Shown piece after piece: positions 36,608-47,384 of a stretch of 64,000 nt of DNA. The notes under the pieces were generated by a model that saw only the letters and a program-made list of their open reading frames with translations, did not search any database and had not been told where the DNA came from. Each line of letters begins with the position of its first letter. The first letter of the stretch is position 1. The position numbers were made by a program, and so were the translations under genes. Where the stretch lies: the NCBI GenBank assembly GCA_017457285.1, contig JAFTHT010000007.1, positions 10,631-74,630 of the forward strand. The letters run 5' to 3'. This DNA comes from Oscillospiraceae bacterium. Lineage in GTDB: Bacteria; Bacillota; Clostridia; Oscillospirales; Oscillospiraceae.

Positions 36608-37492
36608 ATGCTGGAAAAGTTGAAGGCAAATATCCTGTTTGAGGTGCTGTTGAAGCGGCACAATATTCAAAAGGCCTATGCGATGGTGGGGCCGGAGGAT
36701 TCCTGGTACGATACCATCACCACCGTCCATCAGTCCCTTGCCGAAATCAAGCAGCTGCCCCATGAGGATTGGCAGATCACCAGCCATGACGGCCTGGAAC
36801 TGAAGGCCCTGTATTATCCCGGCAGCAGCGATAAAACTGTGATTTGGATTCACGGCTACACCAGCCATGCCGAGCGGGAATCGGCTTTCCCCGGCCTGTT
36901 CTATCACAGCCTGGGCTTTAATGTGCTGGTGCCGTATCTGCGTGCCCATGGGCCCAGTCAGGGTAAGTACATTTCTTTTGGCCCCATGGAGCGCCTCGAT
37001 ATGAAAAAATGGGTGGAGCAGGTCAATGGCCGGCATCCCAAGGGCAGGATTTTGTTCCACGGCCTTTCCATGGGCGGCGGCATTGCGCTGGATTTGGCGA
37101 CGATGGATCTGGAAAACGTGAAAGGTCTGGTTGTGGATGCGCCCAGCCCCAGCATTCCCGGCTTTTTCCAGGCAGTGACCAACGGCACTTTCAAAAAGGG
37201 CCGTGAAAAGATCCTTGCCTGCGTTTATGACCGGTATCGGAAGGAATTTTCCGCAGAGGCGGCGGATTATGACCGGACTGAGAATATTAAAAACGGAAAA
37301 TATCCCCTGTTTCTGACTGCCGGCAGCAACGAGAACATGGATGAGATTCTTACTGCGATCAAAGAGCGCAATCCCCGGGAATCCACGGTGCTGATTCTGC
37401 CCGGATGCAACCACGGAAATGGAATGTATAAGCAAACGAAGTTATACCAGGATGGGCTCCGGGCGTTCATCGGAGCGCATATTGGTGACTGA
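36608..37492 (+). CDS. Alpha/beta hydrolase
   Basis: IHGY, LRAHGPSQG, GLSMGG nucleophile elbow, C-terminal His. Confidence 0.85.
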   Translation: MLEKLKANILFEVLLKRHNIQKAYAMVGPEDSWYDTITTVHQSLAEIKQLPHEDWQITSHDGLELKALYYPGSSDKTVIWIHGYTSHAERESAFPGLFYHSLGFNVLVPYLRAHGPSQGKYISFGPMERLDMKKWVEQVNGRHPKGRILFHGLSMGGGIALDLATMDLENVKGLVVDAPSPSIPGFFQAVTNGTFKKGREKILACVYDRYRKEFSAEAADYDRTENIKNGKYPLFLTAGSNENMDEILTAIKERNPRESTVLILPGCNHGNGMYKQTKLYQDGLRAFIGAHIGD

Positions 37493-37507
37493 TTAGGAGA
37501 AAAAACG

Positions 37508-38638
37508 ATGTTCAAATTACTGAAAACCGAGGGGAAGGCCCGGCGGGGCGAATTTACCTGCGCCCACGGCACCGTCCAGACTCCGGTGTTTATGAATGTG
37601 GGCACCCAGGGTGCCATCAAGGGAGCCCTCAGCGCCAAAGACCTGAAGGATATCGGCTGTCAGGTGGAGCTAAGCAACACCTACCATCTGCATCTGCGGC
37701 CCGGCGACAAGCTGGTGAAGGAGTGCGGCGGCCTGCACAAGTTTATGACCTGGGATGGGCCGATTTTGACGGATTCCGGCGGATTTCAGGTGTTTTCCTT
37801 ATCTTCTTTGCGGAAAATCAAGGAGGAGGGTGTGTATTTTTCCTCCCACATTGACGGGCGGAAGATTTTTATGGGACCGGAGGAGAGTATGCAGATTCAG
37901 TCCAATCTGGGCAGCGATATCTGCATGGCCTTTGACGAATGCATCGAAAATCCGGCGCCCCGGGACTATGTGCTGAAAAGCGTTGACCGGACCTACCGCT
38001 GGCTGGTTCGGTGCAAGGAGGAGAATGCCCGGCTCAATGGGCTGCCGGATACGGTCAATCCCCAGCAGATGCTCTGGGGCATCAACCAGGGCGGCACCTA
38101 TGCAGATATTCGGGTGGACCACATGAAGCGGATTGCAGAGCTGGACTTACCGGGCTATGCCATCGGCGGTCTGGCGGTAGGGGAGACGGCCCAGGAGATG
38201 TACGACATCATCGAGGCGGTGGAGCCCCATATGCCCGCTGACAAGACCCGCTACCTGATGGGCGTGGGTACCCCCAGCAACATCATCGAGGCGGTGGCCC
38301 GGGGCGTGGATTTCTTCGACTGCGTGATGCCCGCCCGGAATGCCCGGCACGCCCGGCTCTTTACCTGGGAGGGTGCCATCAATCTGAAAAACGCCAAGTA
38401 TGCCACCGACCTAAACCCCATCGATCCCCAGTGCGACTGCCCGGTCTGCCGCCGGTACAGCCGTGCCTATATCCGCCATCTGTTCGTGGCGGAGGAGATG
38501 CTGGCTATGCGGCTTTCTGTCATGCATAATCTGTATTTCTACAATAAACTCATGGAAAAAATCAGAAATGCCCTGGATGAGGGCCGTTTTGAGGACTTCC
38601 GCCGTGAGTATTCTGTAAAATTAAGCAAGCGAATCTAA
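37508..38638 (+). CDS. tgt: tRNA-guanine transglycosylase
   Basis: TDSGGFQVFSL, GGLAVGE, YLMGVG, DCVMP, CDCPVC zinc site. Confidence 0.97.
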   Translation: MFKLLKTEGKARRGEFTCAHGTVQTPVFMNVGTQGAIKGALSAKDLKDIGCQVELSNTYHLHLRPGDKLVKECGGLHKFMTWDGPILTDSGGFQVFSLSSLRKIKEEGVYFSSHIDGRKIFMGPEESMQIQSNLGSDICMAFDECIENPAPRDYVLKSVDRTYRWLVRCKEENARLNGLPDTVNPQQMLWGINQGGTYADIRVDHMKRIAELDLPGYAIGGLAVGETAQEMYDIIEAVEPHMPADKTRYLMGVGTPSNIIEAVARGVDFFDCVMPARNARHARLFTWEGAINLKNAKYATDLNPIDPQCDCPVCRRYSRAYIRHLFVAEEMLAMRLSVMHNLYFYNKLMEKIRNALDEGRFEDFRREYSVKLSKRI

Positions 38639-38709
38639 ATTCTTCTTGCAATTTACCGAATGGATGTTATAATGAAAAGGCTGATTAAATGAAAAGGAGT
38701 AGTTTCCCA

Positions 38710-39081
38710 ATGGTACAGTTTTTGAATGGTGGCATGACCACCTCCATTATTATGATGGTCGGCCTGATTGGCCTGATGTACTTCATGATGATTCGTCCCG
38801 AGAACAAGCGCAAGAAGGAAGCTGAGCAGATGCGTAACGCCCTGAAGGTTGGCGACAAGGTCACCACCATCGGCGGCATCGTTGGCACTGTGGTCAACAT
38901 CAAGGAAGATAAGTTCGTTATCGAGACCAGCGCCGATCAGGTTCGCATCGAGTTCATGAAGTGGGCTCTGTCCACCAATGATACCGCTATCGCGGCCGCC
39001 AAGGAAGAGAAGAATAAGGTCATGGAAGAGCGGGCGAAAGCCGTCGCCGCCAAGAAGGCCGAGCGTAACAATAAGAAGTAA
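38710..39081 (+). CDS. yajC: Preprotein translocase subunit YajC
   Basis: YFMMIRPENKR, GDKVTTIGGIVG. Confidence 0.92.
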   Translation: MVQFLNGGMTTSIIMMVGLIGLMYFMMIRPENKRKKEAEQMRNALKVGDKVTTIGGIVGTVVNIKEDKFVIETSADQVRIEFMKWALSTNDTAIAAAKEEKNKVMEERAKAVAAKKAERNNKK

Positions 39082-39217
39082 ATGAACAAGAGGGGCTGTT
39101 GCAGTTTGCAACAGCCCCTCGGTCTGTAAAAAGTATCTTTCGCAAGGAAGTGATTGTTTTTGAACCGCTAAACAATCATGTTCAGCTGAATTGCGTATGA
39201 TTCTGCAATCGACTTCG

Positions 39218-40153
39218 TTAATTTTCGTAGTCCAAAACTTCTTTGGCGATATATACCGGTCTATCTTTGCTTTGTTCGAAGGTTCTGCCTACGTATTCGC
39301 CGATGATACCAATGCAGAACAGCTGGATGCTACCCAGCAGCAGAATCAGCACGATGATGGTGGCGAAGCCGGGGATGTCGATGCCCCAAATCAGCTTCTC
39401 CAGCACCACCCACAGCAGATACAGCACCGCGGAAATGGCGGTAAAGCTGCCCAGATAAATGGAATACCGCAGGGGTTTAGTGGAAAATCCGATGATGCCC
39501 TCGATGGCGTAGTTCATCAGCTTCTTGAAGCTCCATTTGGTGGTGCCGGCGTTACGCTCGCAGGCAGTGTAGGGGATGAATTCTGTATCGTAGCCTACCC
39601 AGGCAAACAGGCCCTTGGAGAACCGGTGGTACTCCGCCAGCTCCAGCAGACTGTCCCGGACACTGCGGCGGAAGGTGCGGAAATCACTGGCGTCGGAATG
39701 GAGGTTTACGTCGGACAGACGGTTGATGATGTTATAGAACCGCTTTTTGAAGAAGGACAGCACCTTACCCTCGCCCCGGCGGTCTTGATAGGCGGCCACC
39801 ACATCGATTTGGGGCTTTTCATCCAGAATCTTTACCATGTCCCGGACAATCTCCGGCCGCTGCTGCAAATCCGCATCAATCAGCGAGATATAATCGCCGC
39901 CGGCGTGCTCCATACCGGCGTAAATGCCCGATTCCTTGCCGAAATTCCGGGAGAAGGAAACAACCTTCACCGGGCACTTTTGCTCCTTGTGGAGCTTTTT
40001 CAAATTATGGAGGGTGGCATCCTTACTGCCGTCGTTGACGAAAACAATTTCATAATCATAACCGCAGTCCTGAAAGGCATCAATCACCGCCGCCTGGAAA
40101 GCTGCGACATTCTCTGCCTCGTTGTAGCAGGGCACCACAAGGGATAGCTTCAT
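39218..40153 (-). CDS. GT2 GtrB/CsbB-like glycosyltransferase
   Basis: VPCYNE, NDGSKD, FSRNFGKE, DADLQ, two C-terminal TMs. Confidence 0.9.
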   Translation of the reverse strand: MKLSLVVPCYNEAENVAAFQAAVIDAFQDCGYDYEIVFVNDGSKDATLHNLKKLHKEQKCPVKVVSFSRNFGKESGIYAGMEHAGGDYISLIDADLQQRPEIVRDMVKILDEKPQIDVVAAYQDRRGEGKVLSFFKKRFYNIINRLSDVNLHSDASDFRTFRRSVRDSLLELAEYHRFSKGLFAWVGYDTEFIPYTACERNAGTTKWSFKKLMNYAIEGIIGFSTKPLRYSIYLGSFTAISAVLYLLWVVLEKLIWGIDIPGFATIIVLILLLGSIQLFCIGIIGEYVGRTFEQSKDRPVYIAKEVLDYEN

Positions 40154-40310
40154 TTGAATCAACTCTCATTCATAAAATGTGCTTCCATTATAGTCGTGTC
40201 GGCTAATTTCGTCAAGTGCCATTCGGTTAATTTATCAGATCCCTCCTTGACGGAATGGCCGGGGTATTGTATATTATACTAGAATTCTGCAGATATGGGA
40301 GGATTTTACA

Positions 40311-41873
40311 TTGCATCGTTCAATTGACCAGAGTCCATCCCTGATGGAACGGTTTTGCTGCTGGCTGCGACGGGCCGTTGTTTCCAATCGGGAGACACTG
40401 TTAGCTGCTTTTATAGTGGGGTTGCTGACCTATGGCTATGCTTTTACCAATAAGCTCATCAATTATGATGATGCATTTTTCCTGTTCTCAAAGGGCGCGA
40501 CCATTGAATCCGGACGCTGGGCTCTGGTTCTTCTTTCTCTGATTTTCCCGGATGTATCGATGCCGTGGATTTATGGCATCATTACGGTGGCCTTAATTGC
40601 GGTGTCTTGCTGCGTGATTGTGGATATTTTTGAAATCCAATCCAAGCTGAGCAAGGTTCTGCTGGCGGCTCTGATTGTGTGCTTTCCTTCCCTGATTGCC
40701 ACGTTCACCTATATGTTTACCAGCAGTTCCTACGGCGTGGCGTTTTTGTTGGCCGTGTTGGCGGTGTGGTTTCTGAAAAAGGGGACAAAAGCCGGTTATT
40801 GTGCTGCCTTCGGTCTGATGATTTTTTCCCTGGGGATTTATCAGTCCTACGTTGCGCTGACTGCCGGCCTTTTGGTGGTATATCTGATTCAGCAGGTTCT
40901 GCGGGGGCGGGAGTCCCGGCAGATTTGGCGCAAGGGCACTGCCTATGTGATGTTTTTGGGTGCTTCCCTGGGCGTTTATTTTGTCATTACCAAGGGTGTT
41001 CAGTTCGTCACAGGGCGGTCCATGGGCTCCTATGCCTCCGGTCAGATTGATTTGAGCGTTTCCTACATCTTTACGAAGCTCCTGACGGCTTATCGCTATT
41101 TTCTGGAATTCTTTACCACCGGGAGCAACGGTTTGATTCCCACGGCCCTGTCCAGGGTGATTCATATTTGTCTGCTGATTCTCTCTCTGGGCTACCTGAT
41201 TGGTTGGGTGAAAGGTGGCGCCCGGAAGGGGCTGGGGCTTTTGGCGCTGCTGCTTGTGATTTTCCCCCTGAGCGTCAATTGCATGTACCTGTTTACGAAG
41301 CCCCATTCGGTGCATACCCTGGTGCTGTATGGGTTTGTTGCCCTTTATGTGCTGTTCATCGTGTTGGCGGAGCATTGCAGGCTGTCCCAGGTTCGGCTGT
41401 TCCGGAAGTGGTTCTATGATCTTACCGCTGTGATTTTGGCTGTGGTTGTGGTGAGCAATGTCTATGTGGGCAATCAGGCCTATCTGCATATGTTCCTGAA
41501 ATACGAAAACTGTATGGCGTTCTACACATCGCTGGTGAATGATATTCGTGCCACACCGGATTTTGATGAAAACACCAAAATTGCGCTGGTGGGCTCCTAT
41601 CAGCTGCCCGATTCCTACGATGAGGGCTTTGCGGATATTTATAAAATCAAGGGTGTGTCCGGCATCCAGCCCAACAGCTACAGCCGGGAGCAGTTTGTGG
41701 CTCATTTCTTCGGCTTTGATTTCAAATTCGCCACCGCCTTGGAGCATGAACAAATCGAACTGTTGGAGGAATATCTGGAAATGCCCCTGTATCCCTACCA
41801 TGGCTCCATCAAAAAGATTGGGGATTATCTGGTGGTAAAGCTCAGTCCGCCGGTTCCAAAAACGGAATCTTAA
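40311..41873 (+). CDS. GtrII-family membrane glucosyltransferase
   Basis: NYDD, SGRW, SLGIYQSY, C-terminal MPLYP..GSI..IGD motifs; multi-TM. Confidence 0.75.
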   Translation: MHRSIDQSPSLMERFCCWLRRAVVSNRETLLAAFIVGLLTYGYAFTNKLINYDDAFFLFSKGATIESGRWALVLLSLIFPDVSMPWIYGIITVALIAVSCCVIVDIFEIQSKLSKVLLAALIVCFPSLIATFTYMFTSSSYGVAFLLAVLAVWFLKKGTKAGYCAAFGLMIFSLGIYQSYVALTAGLLVVYLIQQVLRGRESRQIWRKGTAYVMFLGASLGVYFVITKGVQFVTGRSMGSYASGQIDLSVSYIFTKLLTAYRYFLEFFTTGSNGLIPTALSRVIHICLLILSLGYLIGWVKGGARKGLGLLALLLVIFPLSVNCMYLFTKPHSVHTLVLYGFVALYVLFIVLAEHCRLSQVRLFRKWFYDLTAVILAVVVVSNVYVGNQAYLHMFLKYENCMAFYTSLVNDIRATPDFDENTKIALVGSYQLPDSYDEGFADIYKIKGVSGIQPNSYSREQFVAHFFGFDFKFATALEHEQIELLEEYLEMPLYPYHGSIKKIGDYLVVKLSPPVPKTES

Positions 41874-41914
41874 ATGTTGACAAGTGGATAAAAGTATGTT
41901 ATTTTATTTGTAAT

Positions 41915-42136
41915 TGTGTTGATGGGGAGGTTCTGCCTCTTTTCCGTTCAGAGAGTGCCCGGTTGGTGCGAGGGCATATGGGAAGAAGCGGATGGTCGCC
42001 CCGGAGCAGTTTTCCTGAAATCCAGTAGGGAAGACCGGGTTTGCCCGTTACAGCTTTGAGTGCCCGCAAGGGAATTCAGGTGGTACCGCGGAATGTCGAT
42101 TTTCGCCCTGAGCAAATTTGCTCAGGGCGTTTTTTG
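41915..42136 (+). promoter_or_regulatory. T-box riboswitch (Val, GUC specifier)
   Basis: CAGAGAG/GGTG stem I, GTC at 41995-41997, AGGTGGTACCGCG 42078-42090, cgccctgagcaaatttgctcagggcg-tttttt terminator. Confidence 0.9.
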
Positions 42137-42159
42137 TATTGTAAAAGGAGTGTATTTCA

Positions 42160-44802
42160 ATGGCAAGAGAACTGCCGAAGGTGTATGAACCCCAGCAGGT
42201 CGAGAATGAGATCTACAAAATGTGGGAGGAGGGCGGTTATTTCCGTCCCCAGGGTAAGGAGGGTGCCAAGCCCTTCACCATCGTCATGCCGCCTCCCAAC
42301 GTGACCGGTCAGCTGCACATGGGCCACGCCATGGACGCTACCCTGCAGGATACCTTAATCCGCTTTAAGCGGATGCAGGGTTACGATGCGCTGTGGGTTC
42401 CCGGCGTTGACCATGCGGGCATCGCCACCCAGATCAAGGTGGAAGAGGAGCTGCGCAAGAACGAGGGCCTGACCCGCTATGACCTGGGCCGGGAGAAGTT
42501 CCTGGAGCGGGTCTGGGACTGGAAGCAGAAGTATGGCAACCGAATCGTGGAGCAGCAGAAGAAGCTGGGCGCCTCCTGCGATTGGGAGCGTTCCCGGTTT
42601 ACCATGGACGAGGGCTGCTCCAAGGCTGTCCGTGAGGTTTTCGTTTCTCTGTACGAGAAGGGCCTGATTTACAAGGGCAGCCGGATTATCAACTGGTGCC
42701 CCAACTGCGTCACCGCTCTGTCCGATGCGGAGGTCGAGTATGTGGACAAGCCCGGTCATCTGTGGCACATCCGCTACCCCCTGACCGACGGCTCCGGCGA
42801 AGTCGTGGTGGCCACCACCCGTCCCGAGACCATGCTGGGCGATACCGGCGTCTGTGTCAACCCCAACGACGAGCGGTACAAGGATATCGTGGGCAAGACT
42901 GTGATTCTGCCCCTGGTGAATAAGGAAATTCCCATCGTTGCCGACGATTATGCGGAGATGGAATTTGGTACCGGCTGTGTCAAGATGACTCCTGCCCATG
43001 ACCCCAACGACTTTGAGGTTGGCCTGCGGCACAATCTGGAGGTTATCCGGGTGCTGGACGACAACGGCAAGGTCAACGAGCTGGGCGGCAAGTACGAGGG
43101 TATGGATCGCTACGAGGCCCGGAAGCAGATCGTTGCCGATTTGGAGGAGCAGGGCTATCTGGTGAAAATCGATGCCCATGCCCACAATGTTGGCACCTGC
43201 TACCGCTGCCACAATGATGTGGAGCCCATCATTTCCGCCCAGTGGTTTGTGAAGATGCAGCCCCTGGCGGAGGAGGCCATTCGGGTGGTCAAGGAAGGGG
43301 AGACCAAGTTTGTCCCCGAGCGGTTCAGCAAGACCTACCTGAACTGGATGGAGAATGTGCGGGACTGGTGTATTTCCCGTCAGCTGTGGTGGGGCCATCA
43401 AATCCCTGCCTGGACCTGCGCCGACTGCGGTCATATCACTGTGTCCCGGGAGGATGCCTGCGCTTGCGAAAAGTGCGGCGGCACCAACATTGAGCGGGAC
43501 CCTGACGTGCTGGATACCTGGTTCAGCTCCGCTCTGTGGCCCTTCGAGACCCTGGGCTGGCCTGAAAACACCGAGGATCTGAAGAAGTTCTATCCCACCG
43601 ATGTGCTGGTTACCGGTTATGATATCATTTTCTTCTGGGTTGCCAGAATGATTTTCTCCGGCTGCGAGCATACCGGAAAGACTCCCTTCCACACCGTGCT
43701 GATCCACGGCCTGGTCCGGGACGACAAGGGCCGGAAGATGTCCAAGTCCCTGGGCAACGGCATCGACCCCCTGGAGATGATTGAAAAGTTCGGCTGCGAT
43801 GCCCTGCGGATGAACATGGTCACCGGTAACAGCCCCGGAAACGATATGCGTTTCTATGTGGAGCGGTGCGAGGCCATGCGGAATTTCGCCAATAAGCTGT
43901 GGAACGCCAGCCGCTACGTGATGATGAACCTGGGCGAGGGTGCCAAAAATGAGCTGCCTGCCCTGGAAGCCCTGGAGATTGCCGACAAGTGGGTGCTGAG
44001 CAAGCTGAACACCCTGATTGCCGAGGTCACCGAGAATCTGGAGAAGTATGAGCTGGGCGTGGCTGTCCAGAAGGTCTACGACTTTATTTGGGACACCTAC
44101 TGCGACTGGTACATCGAGCTGACCAAGGCCCGCCTGTACTCCGAGGACGCAAGCCGGAAGCAGACCGCTATGCAGGTGCTGGTGTATGTGCTGGACCAGG
44201 TGCTGCGGCTGCTGCATCCGTTCATGCCCTTCATCACCGAGGAAATCTGGCAGTCCATCCCCCACGAGGGCGATGCGCTGATCGTGGCCCAGTGGCCTGA
44301 ATACAAGGCCCAGCTGGCTTTCAAGGCCGAGGAGGACATGATGGAGTCCGTGATGGAGGCCATCCGTGCCATCCGTGCCCGCCGGACGGAGATGAACGTG
44401 CCCCCCAGCAAGAAGGCGGCGCTGTTTATCCTGACTGCCAAGCCCCAGCTGTTCGCCGAGGGCGAGGGCTTCCTGCAGCGGCTGGCCTATGCCGATGCGG
44501 TGACTATGCTGGATAACGAGCCTGAGAATCTGGATGGCATGGTGACCATCACCACCGCCGATGCCAAGCTCTATATTCCTATGGGGCAGCTGGTGGATGT
44601 TGCCAAGGAGCTGGAGCGGATCGGCAAGGAGCTGGAGAATGCCCGGAAGTTCCTGAATTCTCTGGAGGCCAAGCTCTCCAACGAAAAATTTGTGGCCCGT
44701 GCTCCGGAGGCGGTTGTCAACGCCGAGCGGGAGAAGGCCGCCAAGACCCGTGATCTGATTGCCCAGCTGGAGCAGAGCGAAGCTGCCCTGAAGAAGCTGT
44801 AA
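42160..44802 (+). CDS. valS: Valine-tRNA ligase
   Basis: [30 protein letters not shown]-terminal coiled coil. Confidence 0.98.
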   Translation: MARELPKVYEPQQVENEIYKMWEEGGYFRPQGKEGAKPFTIVMPPPNVTGQLHMGHAMDATLQDTLIRFKRMQGYDALWVPGVDHAGIATQIKVEEELRKNEGLTRYDLGREKFLERVWDWKQKYGNRIVEQQKKLGASCDWERSRFTMDEGCSKAVREVFVSLYEKGLIYKGSRIINWCPNCVTALSDAEVEYVDKPGHLWHIRYPLTDGSGEVVVATTRPETMLGDTGVCVNPNDERYKDIVGKTVILPLVNKEIPIVADDYAEMEFGTGCVKMTPAHDPNDFEVGLRHNLEVIRVLDDNGKVNELGGKYEGMDRYEARKQIVADLEEQGYLVKIDAHAHNVGTCYRCHNDVEPIISAQWFVKMQPLAEEAIRVVKEGETKFVPERFSKTYLNWMENVRDWCISRQLWWGHQIPAWTCADCGHITVSREDACACEKCGGTNIERDPDVLDTWFSSALWPFETLGWPENTEDLKKFYPTDVLVTGYDIIFFWVARMIFSGCEHTGKTPFHTVLIHGLVRDDKGRKMSKSLGNGIDPLEMIEKFGCDALRMNMVTGNSPGNDMRFYVERCEAMRNFANKLWNASRYVMMNLGEGAKNELPALEALEIADKWVLSKLNTLIAEVTENLEKYELGVAVQKVYDFIWDTYCDWYIELTKARLYSEDASRKQTAMQVLVYVLDQVLRLLHPFMPFITEEIWQSIPHEGDALIVAQWPEYKAQLAFKAEEDMMESVMEAIRAIRARRTEMNVPPSKKAALFILTAKPQLFAEGEGFLQRLAYADAVTMLDNEPENLDGMVTITTADAKLYIPMGQLVDVAKELERIGKELENARKFLNSLEAKLSNEKFVARAPEAVVNAEREKAAKTRDLIAQLEQSEAALKKL

Positions 44803-44943
44803 TCACTACCCAAAAGCCGTCACGTTATCGTGGCGGCTTTTTTAACGATAATTTTGCAAATTAACCCTTTTCTTTTCCTATCAGAACGTGTATAATAGAA
44901 TAGATTATTTCTAGCCATTATTTGGCTTGAGGAGACGATTGAG

Positions 44944-45555
44944 ATGTTTATAAAAAAGAAAGAAAAGGATCAGGCTCCCAAGGAAAAGCTGAACTGGAAG
45001 CAGAATCTGATGCTGAACCTGCATGATGTGATTTATGTACTGGCGGGCTTTATGGTCATCTATATGCTGTTTTTCAGAGTGGTGGTCGTGGTGGGCCCCT
45101 CGATGTATGATACATTGCTGGACGGCGACCGGCTGGTTCTGGTGAGCAACGCTATTTATCAGGAGCCCAAGCAGGGGGATATCGTTGTCATCAGCAAGGA
45201 TTCCTTTAAGGGCGGTGAGTGCATCGTCAAGCGTGTCATTGCCACGGAAGGTCAGACGGTTAGAATCGAATCCGGCAGAGTGTATGTGGACGATGTGGAG
45301 ATGAAGGAGCCTTACACCAACCAACCTTTCAGCACCACCTTGGATGGACGGGATATGAAATTTCCTTTGACCGTTCAGGAGGGCCAGGTTTTTGTTTTGG
45401 GTGATAATCGGTACCATTCTATGGACAGCCGTAATTCCGCCATTGGTCTGATTGATGAGCGGCAGATTTTGGGCAAAGCTGTTTTCCTGCTGAGCCCCGG
45501 CACCCATGGTGGCACCGAAAAAGCAGATTACGACCGGATCGGAGTGTTGGATTGA
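44944..45555 (+). CDS. lepB: Signal peptidase I
   Basis: GPSMYDTL (Ser), IVKRVI (Lys), GDNR..S.DSR. Confidence 0.93.
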   Translation: MFIKKKEKDQAPKEKLNWKQNLMLNLHDVIYVLAGFMVIYMLFFRVVVVVGPSMYDTLLDGDRLVLVSNAIYQEPKQGDIVVISKDSFKGGECIVKRVIATEGQTVRIESGRVYVDDVEMKEPYTNQPFSTTLDGRDMKFPLTVQEGQVFVLGDNRYHSMDSRNSAIGLIDERQILGKAVFLLSPGTHGGTEKADYDRIGVLD

Positions 45556-46421
45556 TGGATGAAAAAATGAATATCCAGTGGTATCCCGGCCACATGACCA
45601 AAACCCGGCGGCAAATCGAAGCGGATTTGAAGCAGGTGGATGCGGTTTGTGAAATTGTGGATGCACGCATCCCGATTTCCAGCCGGAACCCGGATATCGA
45701 CAGCATTTGCGGCAGCAAACCCCGTATTATGATACTGAACCGCATGGATCTTGCGGACCCCAATGCTACGGCCCGGTGGGCAGATTTTTACCGCAGTCAG
45801 GGCCGGGCAGCGGTGCCCACCGACTGCAAAAGCCGCAAGGGCATCAACGCCTTTACCCCTGCGGTTCGCCATGTTCTCCGGGAGAAGCTGGAGCGTGACG
45901 CGGCCAGAGGCATGAACCGGCCCCTGCGCGTCATGGTTGTGGGCATCCCGAATGTGGGAAAATCCACTCTGATTAACCAGATTTCCGGCCGGAAGGGCGC
46001 CAAGGCAGAGAACCGACCCGGTGTTACCCGGGGCAAGCAATGGGTAACGGTGGACAGCGGGTTGCTGCTGTTGGATACCCCCGGTATCCTGTGGCCCAAA
46101 TTTGAGGACCCCAATGTGGGGATGATGCTGGCCTACACCGGTGCGGTGAAGGAAGGCATTCTGGATATCGAGGAGCTGAGCTGCTACCTGATGGAGCTGC
46201 TGTGGAAGCGGTATCCCCAGGCGGTGATCGACCGCTACGGCATCGAGGCGGAGCCGGATACCCCCGGCTATGAGCTGCTGAAATTGGCAGGCAAAAAAAG
46301 AGGATATCTCCTGGCCCGTGGGGAAATCAACACCGAACGGATGGCCAAGGTACTGCTGGACGAATACCGGGGCGGCAAGCTGGGCCGGTTTACCCTGGAA
46401 CTGCCGGAGGATATGAAATGA
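45555..46421 (+). CDS. rbgA: Ribosome biogenesis GTPase RbgA/YlqF
   Basis: IQWYPGHM, DARIP.SSRNP, GIPNVGKS, DTPGILWPK. Confidence 0.95.
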   Translation: MDEKMNIQWYPGHMTKTRRQIEADLKQVDAVCEIVDARIPISSRNPDIDSICGSKPRIMILNRMDLADPNATARWADFYRSQGRAAVPTDCKSRKGINAFTPAVRHVLREKLERDAARGMNRPLRVMVVGIPNVGKSTLINQISGRKGAKAENRPGVTRGKQWVTVDSGLLLLDTPGILWPKFEDPNVGMMLAYTGAVKEGILDIEELSCYLMELLWKRYPQAVIDRYGIEAEPDTPGYELLKLAGKKRGYLLARGEINTERMAKVLLDEYRGGKLGRFTLELPEDMK

Positions 46422-47032
46422 GCGAGATCAATATGTGGGCCATCGAAGATGGCTTCTTCGAAAAGGGAATCCGGCTGATTTGCGGCGTGGATGAAGCGGG
46501 CCGTGGGCCTCTGGCGGGGCCGGTATGCGCCGCGGCGGTGATTTTGCCGCCCCATGCGGATATTCCAGGGCTGAACGACAGCAAAAAGCTCACCGACAAA
46601 CGGCGCCGGGAGCTGTTTCCCATCATCAAAGAGCAGGCCATCGCCTACGGCATTGGGCTTGCCTCCCATGAAGAGATTGATGAAATCAATATTTTGCAGG
46701 CCACTTATCTTGCCATGGAGCGGGCGTTGGCCCAATTGCAGGTGAAGCCAGAGCTTGCGCTGATTGACGGCAACCGGGCCAAGGATTTTGGAATAACGGT
46801 GGAAACTGTGGTCAAGGGCGACAGTCTTAGTGCCAGTATTGCCGCCGCGTCGGTACTGGCGAAGGTGACCCGTGACGATTTGATGGTGGCGGCCGCCGAA
46901 CAGTATCCCCAATATCAGTTTGAAATCCACAAGGGCTACGGCACCAAGGCCCATTATGCTGCCCTGACCGCCCATGGCCCCAGCCCCATTCACCGGATGA
47001 CCTTCCTGAAGAAGTTCTATGGGGAAAAATAA
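46418..47032 (+). CDS. rnhB: Ribonuclease HII
   Basis: GVDEAGRGPLAGPV, DSKKL, KGD, HKGYGT. Confidence 0.96.
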   Translation: MSEINMWAIEDGFFEKGIRLICGVDEAGRGPLAGPVCAAAVILPPHADIPGLNDSKKLTDKRRRELFPIIKEQAIAYGIGLASHEEIDEINILQATYLAMERALAQLQVKPELALIDGNRAKDFGITVETVVKGDSLSASIAAASVLAKVTRDDLMVAAAEQYPQYQFEIHKGYGTKAHYAALTAHGPSPIHRMTFLKKFYGEK

Positions 47033-47384
47033 TCTGGCCGGCGCCTGGGGCGAGGCCCTGGCGGCAGCGTATTTGAAGAAAAAGAAATACACCATCGAAG
47101 CGGCGAATTTTCGCAGCCGGTACGGCGAGATTGATTTGATCGTTCGCAACAAAAATTTTCTTGTTTTTGTGGAGGTAAAGCTCCGCAAATCCGGGTCCTT
47201 TGCCCAGGCAATGGAATATGTGGACCGGCATAAGCAGGATAAGCTCCGTTCCACCGCTTCTTACTATTTATCCCAGCACCCCACGGAGCTTCAGCCGCGG
47301 TTTGACGTGGTGGAGATTTATGCGCCGGAGGGTACCCTGACGAAAAAGCCCCAAATCCATCATTTGGAGGATGCGTTTCAATGA
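47019..47384 (+). CDS. yraN: YraN family protein
   Basis: GEIDLI, FVEVK, RFDVV. Confidence 0.92.
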   Translation: MGKNNLAGAWGEALAAAYLKKKKYTIEAANFRSRYGEIDLIVRNKNFLVFVEVKLRKSGSFAQAMEYVDRHKQDKLRSTASYYLSQHPTELQPRFDVVEIYAPEGTLTKKPQIHHLEDAFQ

